From positions 205,356 through 269,355 of the forward strand of contig JBBTTO010000002.1 of the NCBI GenBank assembly GCA_038064195.1: a DNA stretch of 64,000 nt. The letters run 5' to 3'. Of the stretch, positions 9,785-19,288 are shown one piece after another. Made by a program: the position numbers and the translations under genes. Source of the DNA: Patescibacteria group bacterium (lineage in GTDB: Bacteria; Patescibacteriota; Microgenomatia; Levybacterales; UBA12049). Position 1 is the first letter of the stretch; each line of letters starts with the position of its first letter. The notes beneath the pieces are model-generated. The model was not told the origin of the DNA, ran no database searches, and saw nothing but the letters and a program-made list of their open reading frames with translations.

Positions 9785-11068
9785 TTATGAATTATCAACA
9801 ATACGGGCAATCTTTTGGCCTAGCTCAACTGCATAATTGGTACCTCTGTCCCAGGGATAGACTTGCTCAATATTGGCTAAGTAGATATTTTTAAGAGGGG
9901 TAATAAATGCGGGAAGGAGCTTGGAATACCCGGTCGGCACGATAGGTTGGGCGAAGGGTGCCCGAAAGACTCTATAGCTAATCAACGCTTTTTTGTAATC
10001 AGGATTAATTTTTACAAGTGTTGAGTCATAGTGTTTGAGTAGTTCCTCTTTCGTCATGGTAAATTCAGGACTCGTGGGTTCTAAGTAATTACCTACATAA
10101 AGCAAATGCTCGTTATTGAAGTGTTTTTTATCGATTAGATTGGTGTGTTGCACGACCACCATCACAGGTGAGTCCCTCTCACAAATACTGAGCCAATACG
10201 TCCCGTCATGTAAAAAAGGTTTAGTCAATCGAAGAATCATATTGGAAGCACCCAGTCCGCGAAGTCTAACCAGTTTGTTCCTATAGTCATCAGGCAACTG
10301 GGGTGTAATTTTCAAAAATAAAAAAGATGGAAGCGTTACGATTACCCGGTCAAAGATGAAGCTTTCTTCTTTCCCTTTTGCATTCTTTGTTTTGACAGTT
10401 GCTTTATCTGAATCGGTTAGTTCGACTATTTCTGTTTGGAAATAAAAAGTGCCTTTTTGTTTTTTAATTTCTTCAACTACATGCTTAGCAAAGGTAAGAA
10501 ACCCGCCTTCAGGATAGGCTAGGGAAGGAGTTCGTTTGTTAATTCGTGTCCAGAACCAGACAAGTGATATTTCTTGAGCATATTTTCCCATTTTATTACG
10601 CAGTTGCGGTTCCCATAAAAGCGAAAAAGCTCTTCCCCCCATCGTTTTTGAGAGAAAACGTATTGCATTAATTTTTTCAAGCGGCTTCCAAAAAGGATTA
10701 AAGCGCAGAAAAGCGAGGACGATACTCATTCTCAGGCGATCGATAAGTGATAATTGTGAAAAAGTAAGAATTGCTTTCGGTGAGTCAAGCTGGTAGCTTT
10801 TTCCTTTTATAAAAACAGATGTCTTCGGGCGTTTGATGATGACGTGATGGTTAATCTCCCTGGCAAGATTTAAAACAAAATTATCATTGGTAAACCAGTG
10901 GTGATAATGTTTTTCCAAAGTCCAATCCCAGTCTTTTTCCTTGTAACCAACAGCCAACCCTCCCGGCTCCTGATCCCTTTCAAAAACAGTCACGCTATGA
11001 CCTTTTTTCTGCAATTCATAAGCTGCCGCCAGACCGGTAAATCCGGCACCAATAATCCCTATTTTCAT
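9785..11068 (-). CDS. FAD-dependent oxidoreductase (amine-oxidase/protoporphyrinogen-oxidase-like fold)
   Basis: MKIGIIGAGFTGLAAAYELQKKGHSVTVFERDQEPGGLA is a classic GxGxxG-(x17)-E dinucleotide-binding motif plus GG motif. Confidence 0.65.
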   Translation of the reverse strand: MKIGIIGAGFTGLAAAYELQKKGHSVTVFERDQEPGGLAVGYKEKDWDWTLEKHYHHWFTNDNFVLNLAREINHHVIIKRPKTSVFIKGKSYQLDSPKAILTFSQLSLIDRLRMSIVLAFLRFNPFWKPLEKINAIRFLSKTMGGRAFSLLWEPQLRNKMGKYAQEISLVWFWTRINKRTPSLAYPEGGFLTFAKHVVEEIKKQKGTFYFQTEIVELTDSDKATVKTKNAKGKEESFIFDRVIVTLPSFLFLKITPQLPDDYRNKLVRLRGLGASNMILRLTKPFLHDGTYWLSICERDSPVMVVVQHTNLIDKKHFNNEHLLYVGNYLEPTSPEFTMTKEELLKHYDSTLVKINPDYKKALISYRVFRAPFAQPIVPTGYSKLLPAFITPLKNIYLANIEQVYPWDRGTNYAVELGQKIARIVDNS

Positions 11069-12468
11069 AGTGAGCTGCCTTTAACAAGGAGGATAAGGAG
11101 GGCTCCTGTTCCTGCCATAATTGTCGCTATTATACCTGAGAGGAAGACAAGAGAACTACCGGGCGATTGCGTGACGGGTGCAACACTCTGGGTTAGTATC
11201 CCTGATACCGGAGTTCTGGTCGTAGGTGTGGGGGTTGAGGTTGCGGCCAGAGTTGCTGTCGGTGTCGGACTCAGGGACGGGATATTTGTCGGAGTCGGTG
11301 TATCAGTAGGTGTAGGCGAGGGAGTTATCTGCTGAGGTGAGACTGAAGGTTCAGTGAACTGACTCCCTTCGGCAAAGACCGTGAAAGAGCGGGTGATGGT
11401 TTGGAGGATCCCGTTACTGTCTTTTGTCTTGATGGTAATTGTATGCTCACCGGGGCTGAGTTTGGTCGTCGGGCGATACGACCATGATCCATTTTTATTT
11501 GCTGTAACTGAGGTAGTGATCGGTGTGTCTGAATGAATTTCGATTTCAACAGATTGAGACGGTAAGGCTGTTCCTTCAAATTCTGGCTGCGCGTCATGGA
11601 ATCCTTCCTTATTATCAGGATTCAGGATTTGCGGTTTGGTAGGGCCTGCCTCGGTGCCCGCAAAAGACGGGAAGGACTCCGTGGCTGAACTTGAGGCAAG
11701 AGGAGAGGGAGAAAGACGTGAGGATGTGGTGAAGTCATAAGCGTTGCCGAGGAGAATTGGTGGGACGGGGCTTATTTGACTGGCAAAAACAGATGCTGTG
11801 GCCTGATTATCAGCTCCGACTGCAAGCAGTTTAATGATTGATTGCGGGGTAAATGTCAGATAACTTGCTAAGTCTTTTGATCTAATAGCGTTGAGTGGCA
11901 TGATAAAAGTTCCGTCCGTCTTGGAGAGAACGGAGAGGGTTTGGGCGTTGTCACTTACCAGAAAGACGATGATATTATTGCTTTTATTTCCTGCGCTATC
12001 TGATACATTCCCGATAATAGGTTGTTGTTGTGACGGGTTTTGACTCAAAGGAGACAACGTCGTTATGCTAAAGGGCTGATCATTATCAAGAAAGGTTTTG
12101 TCTGAGGAGGCAATACTGTAGTAATAGCGTGTTTGGGCACTCAGGTTTTTTAGCGTAATATGATGCACAAAATAAGGTTGCGGGTTCCCCGATTGCTGAT
12201 CCCGATCATCAAGAGCGACTTTCCCCACAGCCGCGGTTGTACCATAGGAGAGCGTGCCGAGGGCCGGCGCTCTTGTTATATAGGACACAGTAAAGGATGA
12301 ATCGCTCAGATTGGTAATACGGATGTTTTCGGGAGTATAGGTCGGCGAAGCTTTACTTTCAAAAAAGACACCGTGACTGATCGCCCAATTTATCCCAAAG
12401 ATTCCCCCGATAAGCAGAAAGAGACCAAGTAATGTTGGAATTCGCTTATACCAGATTGAACCGTTCAT
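11065..12468 (-). CDS. cell-surface protein with FN3-like domains, a Pro/Thr-rich linker and a C-terminal TM anchor
   Basis: N-terminal signal/TM. ITNLSDSSFTVSYITRAPALGTLSYGTT resembles FN3/purple-acid-phosphatase N-domain. A PTPTDTPTPTNIPSLSPTPTATLAATSTPTPTT linker is encoded by GC-rich repeats at 11100-11340. C-terminal hydrophobic helix. Confidence 0.55.
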   Translation of the reverse strand: MNGSIWYKRIPTLLGLFLLIGGIFGINWAISHGVFFESKASPTYTPENIRITNLSDSSFTVSYITRAPALGTLSYGTTAAVGKVALDDRDQQSGNPQPYFVHHITLKNLSAQTRYYYSIASSDKTFLDNDQPFSITTLSPLSQNPSQQQPIIGNVSDSAGNKSNNIIVFLVSDNAQTLSVLSKTDGTFIMPLNAIRSKDLASYLTFTPQSIIKLLAVGADNQATASVFASQISPVPPILLGNAYDFTTSSRLSPSPLASSSATESFPSFAGTEAGPTKPQILNPDNKEGFHDAQPEFEGTALPSQSVEIEIHSDTPITTSVTANKNGSWSYRPTTKLSPGEHTITIKTKDSNGILQTITRSFTVFAEGSQFTEPSVSPQQITPSPTPTDTPTPTNIPSLSPTPTATLAATSTPTPTTRTPVSGILTQSVAPVTQSPGSSLVFLSGIIATIMAGTGALLILLVKGSSL

Positions 12469-12791
12469 AATGGCAGCTCCTCTCCCTTGGCTGATTCTGT
12501 CGCGACTGGCTCGGGTGGTACTTCCTCTGTTAATCCTGCAGCTTCGCTGGCAGGTGTAATTACTGTCTGTCCTGCCCCGGTCAGAAGCGGTGTCACAACA
12601 GCTCTTTTTTTCAGAAGCTCAAGGACACTCGTGTCAAAAACCGGCGCGATAGGATTAATGGCAATTTGCTGGGAGGATGAGATAGTTGAGGTAACTGCCC
12701 GATTATATACTCCGAAAATAATCCACAAAATGATAAGGATAGTTGAAGGTATCACTATGAAAAGAAGATTTTTCTGTTGCGTTTTTTTCAT
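12465..12791 (-). CDS. small membrane-anchored protein (possible pilus-assembly accessory)
   Basis: 108 aa with an N-terminal TM. Overlapping start/stop with the flanking genes suggests one operon. Confidence 0.35.
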   Translation of the reverse strand: MKKTQQKNLLFIVIPSTILIILWIIFGVYNRAVTSTISSSQQIAINPIAPVFDTSVLELLKKRAVVTPLLTGAGQTVITPASEAAGLTEEVPPEPVATESAKGEELPL

Positions 12792-13414
12792 GGTCTGTAG
12801 TATGTCTCAATAACAATTGTCAAGCGATATTTACTGGTGTTAAGCTCGGTTGGGACGACAACTGACATCGATGAGACAGTGAGTAATCGATCAAAATCAG
12901 TAAGTGAATCATAGAACTTTTTGAATGATTCAAAATCTCCTTTGACTCCGATGTTCATCATGATCGGAGTAAGTACGCTTTTTGCTTTGCCGCTTGATGC
13001 TATTTCTGTAGATTGGACCTGCAACTGGTCAAGTGTAACGCCGGCATCCTGTGCAAGCGTACGGATTTGTCCGCTGAGTTTGCCTACCTGAGGTGACTGC
13101 GGGATAGCGGAATAAAGGACAGGAAGCCGGGGCGAAATACTGGTAAACGATGATTGCAGTTGTGTCATGTTGGTAATTTTATTTTGCAGCTGAGATTCAA
13201 GGAACTTATTGTCTTTGACAGTTTTTCTCAGCACAGCGATGGTACTTAGGGTTGGGCTGATCGCAAATATACCGAAAAAGGAGATTGCTAAGAAAGTTAA
13301 GAGAACTGTGGCGTACGTCTGGACTTTTTCCTCATGAATATTAGGCAGAGAGCGAATATAGGCAAGGTATTTCTCTTTTGACAGACCTTTTAGGAAGTTA
13401 GCACTTACTTTCAT
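12788..13414 (-). CDS. PilO-like type IV pilus assembly protein
   Basis: Bitopic protein with an N-terminal TM and a coiled-coil, downstream of a PilN-like gene with 4-nt overlap. Confidence 0.45.
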   Translation of the reverse strand: MKVSANFLKGLSKEKYLAYIRSLPNIHEEKVQTYATVLLTFLAISFFGIFAISPTLSTIAVLRKTVKDNKFLESQLQNKITNMTQLQSSFTSISPRLPVLYSAIPQSPQVGKLSGQIRTLAQDAGVTLDQLQVQSTEIASSGKAKSVLTPIMMNIGVKGDFESFKKFYDSLTDFDRLLTVSSMSVVVPTELNTSKYRLTIVIETYYRP

Positions 13415-14010
13415 TGATTTCTCCCTTCAGAAGCAGAGGCTTGTGTAAGCCCAGCAATATTTTGTTTGGGAAAGACAACGTGGGCGGAGATGACAGCTGC
13501 AATCTGGGCGCTTGTTGTCCTATCTTCAATACGGTCAATACTGATGTCTTTAAGTTCTTTAAGTTCTTGAAGTTGGTTAACAAATTGTTTGAGACTGGTG
13601 ATATTACTGGTAATGATTTCAACATGTATTACGTCATGATTAATATCGATTGCTTTGAATGTCATATTTGAGTTTTTGCCTGTCTCAGTGATTTTCGTAA
13701 AAAGACCGGATGTAAAATCCAGGTTAGATGAGAGCTGTTTTGCCTGCAGCAAACGTTCTTGAAGCTGACGGTAGCTCGCTTCCTGCTCCGAAAGCGCGTT
13801 GACGATTACCTGTTTGGCTTTGATTTTGTCGTGAAGATCAACAATTTGTCTGTCGAGTGCGAAGCGGTATAAAAATGCCGCTAAAGCGATCGTTTCTGTC
13901 AGAATGACAATGAATCGGCCTCCGGTTATCGCCCAATGAATGAAAATGTCAATTGAAGGTGTCGCCTTTTTTTTGAGGAGATTAACATTAAGTGAGATTT
14001 GCTTTTCCAT
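13411..14010 (-). CDS. PilN-like type IV pilus assembly protein
   Basis: N-terminal NVNLLKKK followed by a TM helix and a coiled-coil region, which is PilN-like architecture. No pilM is adjacent. Confidence 0.45.
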   Translation of the reverse strand: MEKQISLNVNLLKKKATPSIDIFIHWAITGGRFIVILTETIALAAFLYRFALDRQIVDLHDKIKAKQVIVNALSEQEASYRQLQERLLQAKQLSSNLDFTSGLFTKITETGKNSNMTFKAIDINHDVIHVEIITSNITSLKQFVNQLQELKELKDISIDRIEDRTTSAQIAAVISAHVVFPKQNIAGLTQASASEGRNQ

Positions 14011-14272
14011 GGCAGTAAGCTAATTCGATCGGCAACACAAACAGAGCCGATTCCATCAGCCTTCTTTCAGTCTAGATTGTCTATGAAAAAATGTCAAAGC
14101 AATTTAGCTTATTTCGCTCTGGAAAGAAGGGCGATAGTATGGTATACTTACCAGTAAGTCAAAAGGTAAAAGTCAAAGGTTAAAGGCACAAGTAAAAACT
14201 CACAGGTTTTTAAATGAATTAGTAGCTCTTTTTTACTTTTGCATGGTAATTTTGATTTTTGCATTTTGACTT

Positions 14273-16390
14273 TTGATTTTAGTTATGGCAGATACATCAC
14301 GACAAGTTCCTCTTGAAAGAATTCGCAATATCGGTATTATTGCGCATATTGACGCGGGCAAAACCACGACAACTGAACGCATTCTTTTTTATACCGGTCG
14401 TACCTATAAAATCGGTGATATTGATGAAGGTAATACCCAAATGGACTGGATGGAGCAGGAAAAAGAACGCGGGATCACGATCGTTTCAGCAGCGACGACT
14501 ACTTTTTGGAAAGACTATCGTATCAATATAATTGATACCCCGGGGCACGTTGACTTCACGGCAGAGGTAGAGCGCTCCCTCCGCGTTCTTGATGGAGGCA
14601 TTACCGTACTGGACGCTGAGGAAGGTGTGCAGTCTCAGTCAGAAACCGTCTGGCGTCAGGCAGACAAGTATAAAGTTCCCCGTATTTGTTTTGTCAATAA
14701 AATGGATAAATTAGGGGCTGATTTTTTGGCTACTGTCAAAAGTATTGAAGACCGACTCGGCGCGAATCCTGCCATCATGGTCATCCCCATTGGTGCTGAG
14801 AACACCTATGTCGGGAATGTCGATTTACTTACCAGAAAGGCGATTCGTTGGAGCTCCGAAGAACTTGGTGCGAAATTTGATGTCAGTGATGATATTCCTG
14901 AAGAACTAAAGGCGCAGGTAGAAGAATATCGTTCAAAGCTTATTGAGAAAATTTCAGAGACAGATGACGCTTTACTTGAAAAATATCTGGCCGGGGAAGA
15001 GCCGACTGTTGATGAGCTTAAGAAAGCACTTCGGGCAGCTGTTATTGCCTATAAATTAGTTCCGATTTATGCAGGTACTTCTCTTCGCAATAAGGGTGTC
15101 CAGCCGCTTTTGGATGCAGTCATAGATTATCTTCCGTCCCCTGTCGACTTAAAAGAGGTAAAAGGTATCCATCCCAAGACAAATGAGCCAGAGGTGCGTC
15201 AGCTCGTTCCTGCGGAGTCTTTCAGTGGTCTCGCATTTAAGATTCAGAACGATCCGCATGTCGGGAAACTTACGTATTTCCGTGTTTATTCAGGCAAAAT
15301 AGAAGCCGGTTCGTATGTTTTTAACAGTTCTAAAGGAGTTAAAGAACGTGTCGGGCGCTTACTGATGATGCATGCAAATCAAAGAGAGGAAATAAAAGAA
15401 GGTTTTGCCGGAGAGATTGTGGCAGTTGTAGGACTAAAAGACACAGGTACAGGAGATACACTCTGTGATGAGGCAAAGCCGATTGTCTTGGAGAAAATTT
15501 CTTTCCCTGAGCCGGTTATTTCACTGGCGATTGAGCCCCAGACTAAGTCAGATCAGGAAAAGTTAGGCTATGCCTTAAAACGCCTGACGGAGGAGGATCC
15601 GACATTCTCAGTAAAAAGCAATCATGAGACAGGTCAAACAATCATCTCAGGTATTGGTGAGCTACAGCTTGAAGTTATGGTAGACCGTATGAAAAGGGAA
15701 TTTAATGTCTTGGCTAATGTCGGTGCACCTCAAGTAGCTTATAAAGAAACGTTCACTGAAGAAGTCAAAGCAGAGGGTAAATATATTCGTCAGTCCGGAG
15801 GACGAGGACAATTCGGACATTGTTGGCTCAGAATTGAGCCAAAAACCCGCGGTGAGGGAAATGAGTTCGTCAGTGAGATTAAGGGAGGAGCTATCCCTCA
15901 AGAATTCGTCAAAGCAGTTGAGAAAGGAGTCTGGGAAACACTTGAAAATGGAGTCCTACTTGGGTATCCGATTGTTGATGTCAAGGTCGCATGTTATGAC
16001 GGGTCCTATCATGAAGTTGACTCGAGTGAAGTAGCCTTTAAGATTGCTGCTTCTCAGGCTATCCAGGCAGCCTCCAAGAAAACACAGATGAATCTGCTTG
16101 AGCCTATCATGAAGGTTGAAGTGACGACTCCATCAGAGTTCATGGGAGATGTGATGGGTGATCTTTCCAGTAAACGCGCACAAATTATTGGCACTGAGGA
16201 ACGCGCTCGAGCTACCATTATTAACGCGATGGTTCCTTTGTCTGAATTAACAGGCTATGTAACAACGCTTCGCTCGATGAGTAAAGGTCGAGCAAGTGCT
16301 TATGTTGAGCCGAGTCACTATGACATCGTTCCCCGTAACATCGTCGACCAGATGGTCGCCAAATCCACTTTCACCGGCCGCGTTGAATAA
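14273..16390 (+). CDS. fusA: elongation factor G
   Basis: [23 protein letters not shown] and NKMDK GTPase motifs, full-length 705 aa EF-G. Confidence 0.95.
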   Translation: MILVMADTSRQVPLERIRNIGIIAHIDAGKTTTTERILFYTGRTYKIGDIDEGNTQMDWMEQEKERGITIVSAATTTFWKDYRINIIDTPGHVDFTAEVERSLRVLDGGITVLDAEEGVQSQSETVWRQADKYKVPRICFVNKMDKLGADFLATVKSIEDRLGANPAIMVIPIGAENTYVGNVDLLTRKAIRWSSEELGAKFDVSDDIPEELKAQVEEYRSKLIEKISETDDALLEKYLAGEEPTVDELKKALRAAVIAYKLVPIYAGTSLRNKGVQPLLDAVIDYLPSPVDLKEVKGIHPKTNEPEVRQLVPAESFSGLAFKIQNDPHVGKLTYFRVYSGKIEAGSYVFNSSKGVKERVGRLLMMHANQREEIKEGFAGEIVAVVGLKDTGTGDTLCDEAKPIVLEKISFPEPVISLAIEPQTKSDQEKLGYALKRLTEEDPTFSVKSNHETGQTIISGIGELQLEVMVDRMKREFNVLANVGAPQVAYKETFTEEVKAEGKYIRQSGGRGQFGHCWLRIEPKTRGEGNEFVSEIKGGAIPQEFVKAVEKGVWETLENGVLLGYPIVDVKVACYDGSYHEVDSSEVAFKIAASQAIQAASKKTQMNLLEPIMKVEVTTPSEFMGDVMGDLSSKRAQIIGTEERARATIINAMVPLSELTGYVTTLRSMSKGRASAYVEPSHYDIVPRNIVDQMVAKSTFTGRVE

Positions 16391-16410
16391 AACCTAACCT
16401 ATCCTATAGT

Positions 16411-16440
16411 TGATTATCCAGCTTATTTTGTTTATAATGC
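16411..16440 (+). promoter_or_regulatory. near-consensus sigma70-type promoter (TTGATT-17 nt-TATAAT) upstream of the Cys-rich mini-ORF
   Basis: ttgattatccagcttattttgtttataat read directly. The 17-nt spacer is ideal. Confidence 0.45.
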
Positions 16441-16485
16441 AAATAGTGTTGTCCGTTTGGATGACAGAAGTAGAAAGGTACGACC

Positions 16486-16758
16486 GTGAGTCACGAAGAA
16501 GTCGACGAATGGTACCGGAAAAATCAGCCAAGGGAAGAAGTCTGCTCCGGATGCAATGGCACCGGCAGGATGGACTCAATGACCGACTCCGGATCGTTCA
16601 CCTGCACCTGGTGCGGAGGCAGCGGGAAGCCGAACGAGTATTCTCGGCGATTCGGTCACGGGACTGTAACCCGGTGTGCTCACTGCCACGGGACGGGACA
16701 GATTGACTCAATCGCTGATGCCGGTAAATTCCCCTGTCCCTACTGCAGCCGCCGATGA
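16486..16758 (+). CDS. small DnaJ-CR-like zinc-finger protein (three CxxCxGxG repeats plus a CxxC)
   Basis: GTG start. CSGCNGTG, CTWCGGSG, CAHCHGTG and CPYC spaced like the DnaJ cysteine-rich domain. Encoded in a roughly 400-bp segment of markedly higher GC than its surroundings. Confidence 0.6.
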   Translation: MSHEEVDEWYRKNQPREEVCSGCNGTGRMDSMTDSGSFTCTWCGGSGKPNEYSRRFGHGTVTRCAHCHGTGQIDSIADAGKFPCPYCSRR

Positions 16759-16966
16759 AAAGGCAAGTCAAACGTTCCAAAGCACCGTAAGGTGAGAAAG
16801 GATTGCCTATGGCACAGGTCCTGCAAGCGCAGGCGAAAAGAGTGTCTTAGGGTTGTCCAATCTCTACAACCCCAGGGTGCTTTTTTCATGGAAGGAAGCT
16901 ATAATTTTAGATATTTTTTTAAAATCAGCTTGTAAATTAATTCTAATCAAGTTACTATAGCTTTCC

Positions 16967-18076
16967 ATGAAGAAGAAAATCCGGATTGGTATTTTGTTTG
17001 GTGGGCAGTCGGCCGAGCACGAGGTCTCGATCCAGTCGGCAAAGAATGTTGTGGCTGCTTTAGATAAAAGCAAATACGAGGCAGTCCCGATTGGCATCAC
17101 TAAAAAAGGCAAATGGCATAGTTTTACCCAAGCGCAATTCAATCTCCTTGCTAGCAAAAACTATCAGGCTCTCCCAGAGAAGGTAGCTAGTGAGAGCTTG
17201 CCTATCGTTTCAGTAAAGCAAGGCAACCTTGACGTTGTTTTTCCCATTTTGCATGGGCCGATGGGTGAGGATGGAACGGTTCAGGGCTTGTTGAAATTAA
17301 TGGATATACCTTTTATCGGAGCGGATGTACTCGGCTCAGCCTTAGGGATGGACAAAGATGTCATGAAGCGGTTGCTGCGTGATGCAGGACTACCAATTGC
17401 AAAGTTTTTAGTATTTCATAAAAAGAATAATACCGTCATTCTGGCAAACGGAGTGCGTCCAGAATCAACAAAAGATAGATCCTGGACAAGCCAGGATGAC
17501 GAATTGTTTTTATTTGTCAAAAAACAATTAGGACTTCCTTTTTTTGTAAAACCTGCTAATCTTGGTTCCTCAGTCGGAGTTTCAAAAGTTCATAGTTCAG
17601 AGGAGTTTGATAGAGCAATAGATAAAGCATTTAGTTATGACAGAAAAATTCTTGTTGAAGAGGGAATTGACGCACGCGAAATTGAGTGTTCGGTCTTAGG
17701 TAATGAAGAAAAAATTGCATCAGTTCCTGGAGAAATAATTCCAAGCCATGAATTTTATGACTATGAGGCAAAGTATATTGATGAAGATGGTGCAATACTT
17801 GATATCCCTGCTAAATTAAACAAAAAACAAGTAAAAGAGATCCAGGAGATGGCCATTAAAGCTTGCCAAGTTCTCTGCGTGGATGGAATGGCGAGGGTTG
17901 ATTTTTTTATAGACAAAAAAACAGACAAGATCTATATCAATGAGATTAATACCACTCCTGGCTTTACCAATATCAGCATGTATCCCAAGCTTTGGGAGGC
18001 AAGCGGTATCCCGTATGCAGCCTTAATTGATCGATTAATAAGCCTGGCACTCGAAAGACATAAAAAAAGAGTATAG
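16967..18076 (+). CDS. ddl: D-alanine--D-alanine ligase
   Basis: IGILFGGQSAEHEVS and HGPMGEDGTVQGLLKLMDIPFIG, with an ATP-grasp C-terminal half (EINTTPGFT). Confidence 0.9.
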   Translation: MKKKIRIGILFGGQSAEHEVSIQSAKNVVAALDKSKYEAVPIGITKKGKWHSFTQAQFNLLASKNYQALPEKVASESLPIVSVKQGNLDVVFPILHGPMGEDGTVQGLLKLMDIPFIGADVLGSALGMDKDVMKRLLRDAGLPIAKFLVFHKKNNTVILANGVRPESTKDRSWTSQDDELFLFVKKQLGLPFFVKPANLGSSVGVSKVHSSEEFDRAIDKAFSYDRKILVEEGIDAREIECSVLGNEEKIASVPGEIIPSHEFYDYEAKYIDEDGAILDIPAKLNKKQVKEIQEMAIKACQVLCVDGMARVDFFIDKKTDKIYINEINTTPGFTNISMYPKLWEASGIPYAALIDRLISLALERHKKRV

Positions 18077-18106
18077 CTAGGCCTATAGCTAAAATATGAT
18101 ACAATA

Positions 18107-19288
18107 GTGCCACCTATGGCACGTAAAAGAATAACCGAACACAAAGCCAAGGAGCTCTTTTTGGAATACCTCGGTCTCCCCTACCAGGGAAGAGAAGTGA
18201 GAGGGAATGACTTCTCCACCATTTCTGATCTTGACTCTGGAACTACCTATGTTGTTAAAGTTGATCAGGGTATCAAGAAAAGATTTAAATTAGGCTTAGT
18301 TGCACTTGATATCTCGGTAGATAAGCTCCCTCATGAAATAAAACAACTTGCTGACAAAGGCTATTCTCAGTTCATTGTTGAGCCCTTTCGTACACATGTT
18401 CAATCTCAGGAGCGGTATGTAGCAATTCAGAGAACTCGTGAAGGGTTTACGTTTCTTCTCTCTACACAAGGAGGAGTCAGTATTGAAGAACACAGTGATT
18501 CATTAAAAACATTCCCTCATACACAAATCGTCAAAGCGGCAGAATTCATTGGGCTCACACAAGAGCTGCTTGAGAAGATGCTTAAGGCAATGGATGAATA
18601 TCATTTTTCATTCCTTGAGGTTAATCCACTTATCCATACTGGTGATGATATCTATTTGCTTGATTTAGCTGTTGAGGTTGATAGTGCAGGCGAGTTCTTT
18701 GTTAAAAATAGCTGGACACACAAAGATTTTGTGGCAGATGGTAGTGGTAAGACAGATGAGGAAAAAGCTGTTGAAGAGTTATCTGATAAAAGCCAGGCAT
18801 CATTCCGACTTGCCGTCCTCAACCCAAATGGGTCAATTTTTATGCTCCTTTCAGGCGGAGGAGCAAGTATCGTTCTGGCTGATGAGGTATATAACCAAGG
18901 TAAAGGTAAAGAGCTAGCTAACTATGGAGAATATAGCGGTAATCCGAATGCTGAGGAAACATATCTTTATACAAAGCAAATCTTACGTTTATTACTTTCT
19001 TCTCAGGCAAAAAGAAAAGCGCTTATCATTGCCGGCGGAGTAGCTAATTTTACTGATATTCGGGTGACTTTTAAGGGCATCATCCAGGCTCTTGATGAAG
19101 TTAAAAATGAACTAAAGGCTCAAGGTGTAAAGGTTTTTGTGCGCCGTGGTGGGCCTTATCAGGAAGAGGGTTTAGCTACTATGAAAACCTATCTTGAAAA
19201 AGAGGATTTACTAGGAACGCTTGCAGGTCCGGAGATGATGTTGACTGATGTTGTTTCACAAGGACTTAAGGAGGTTACTCATGCTTGA
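18107..19288 (+). CDS. ATP-citrate lyase subunit A-like (ATP-grasp / citryl-CoA synthetase beta-like)
   Basis: VVKVDQGIKKRFKLGLV, FIVEPF, YLEVNPL, NPNGSIFMLLSGGGASIV, ELANYGEYSGNP, ANFTDIRVTFKGII and VFVRRGGPYQEEGL match, block by block, the N-terminal half of ACLY/AclA as I remember it. They match SucC much less well. Confidence 0.75.
   Translation: MPPMARKRITEHKAKELFLEYLGLPYQGREVRGNDFSTISDLDSGTTYVVKVDQGIKKRFKLGLVALDISVDKLPHEIKQLADKGYSQFIVEPFRTHVQSQERYVAIQRTREGFTFLLSTQGGVSIEEHSDSLKTFPHTQIVKAAEFIGLTQELLEKMLKAMDEYHFSFLEVNPLIHTGDDIYLLDLAVEVDSAGEFFVKNSWTHKDFVADGSGKTDEEKAVEELSDKSQASFRLAVLNPNGSIFMLLSGGGASIVLADEVYNQGKGKELANYGEYSGNPNAEETYLYTKQILRLLLSSQAKRKALIIAGGVANFTDIRVTFKGIIQALDEVKNELKAQGVKVFVRRGGPYQEEGLATMKTYLEKEDLLGTLAGPEMMLTDVVSQGLKEVTHA

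Noticed and set aside
10898-11335. 145-aa plus-strand ORF rich in GVGV repeats, and local high GC at 11100-11340
   Set aside because: It is antisense to the Pro/Thr-repeat linker of the minus-strand surface protein. The GC richness comes from ACC/CCN codons of the real gene, not from an inserted element.
13545-13585. Tandem repeat tctttaagttctttaagttcttgaagttgg, checked as a possible CRISPR or regulatory repeat
   Set aside because: It lies inside the pilN-like coding sequence and simply encodes the LKELKELKD coiled-coil heptads. No spacer/repeat architecture is present.
14021-14035. Shared A(A/T)TCGATCGG(C/G)AA motif here and at 43771-43787 upstream of obg
   Set aside because: Only two copies were found. 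The core CGATCG is a simple palindromic hexamer, so it may be chance. This is insufficient for a motif call without a genome-wide scan.
16410-16780. Alternative ORFs 16410..16706 (+) and 16598..16780 (-) inside the GC-rich cassette
   Set aside because: High GC suppresses stop codons in all frames. Only the 16486..16758 frame shows the regular CxxCxGxG repeat structure.
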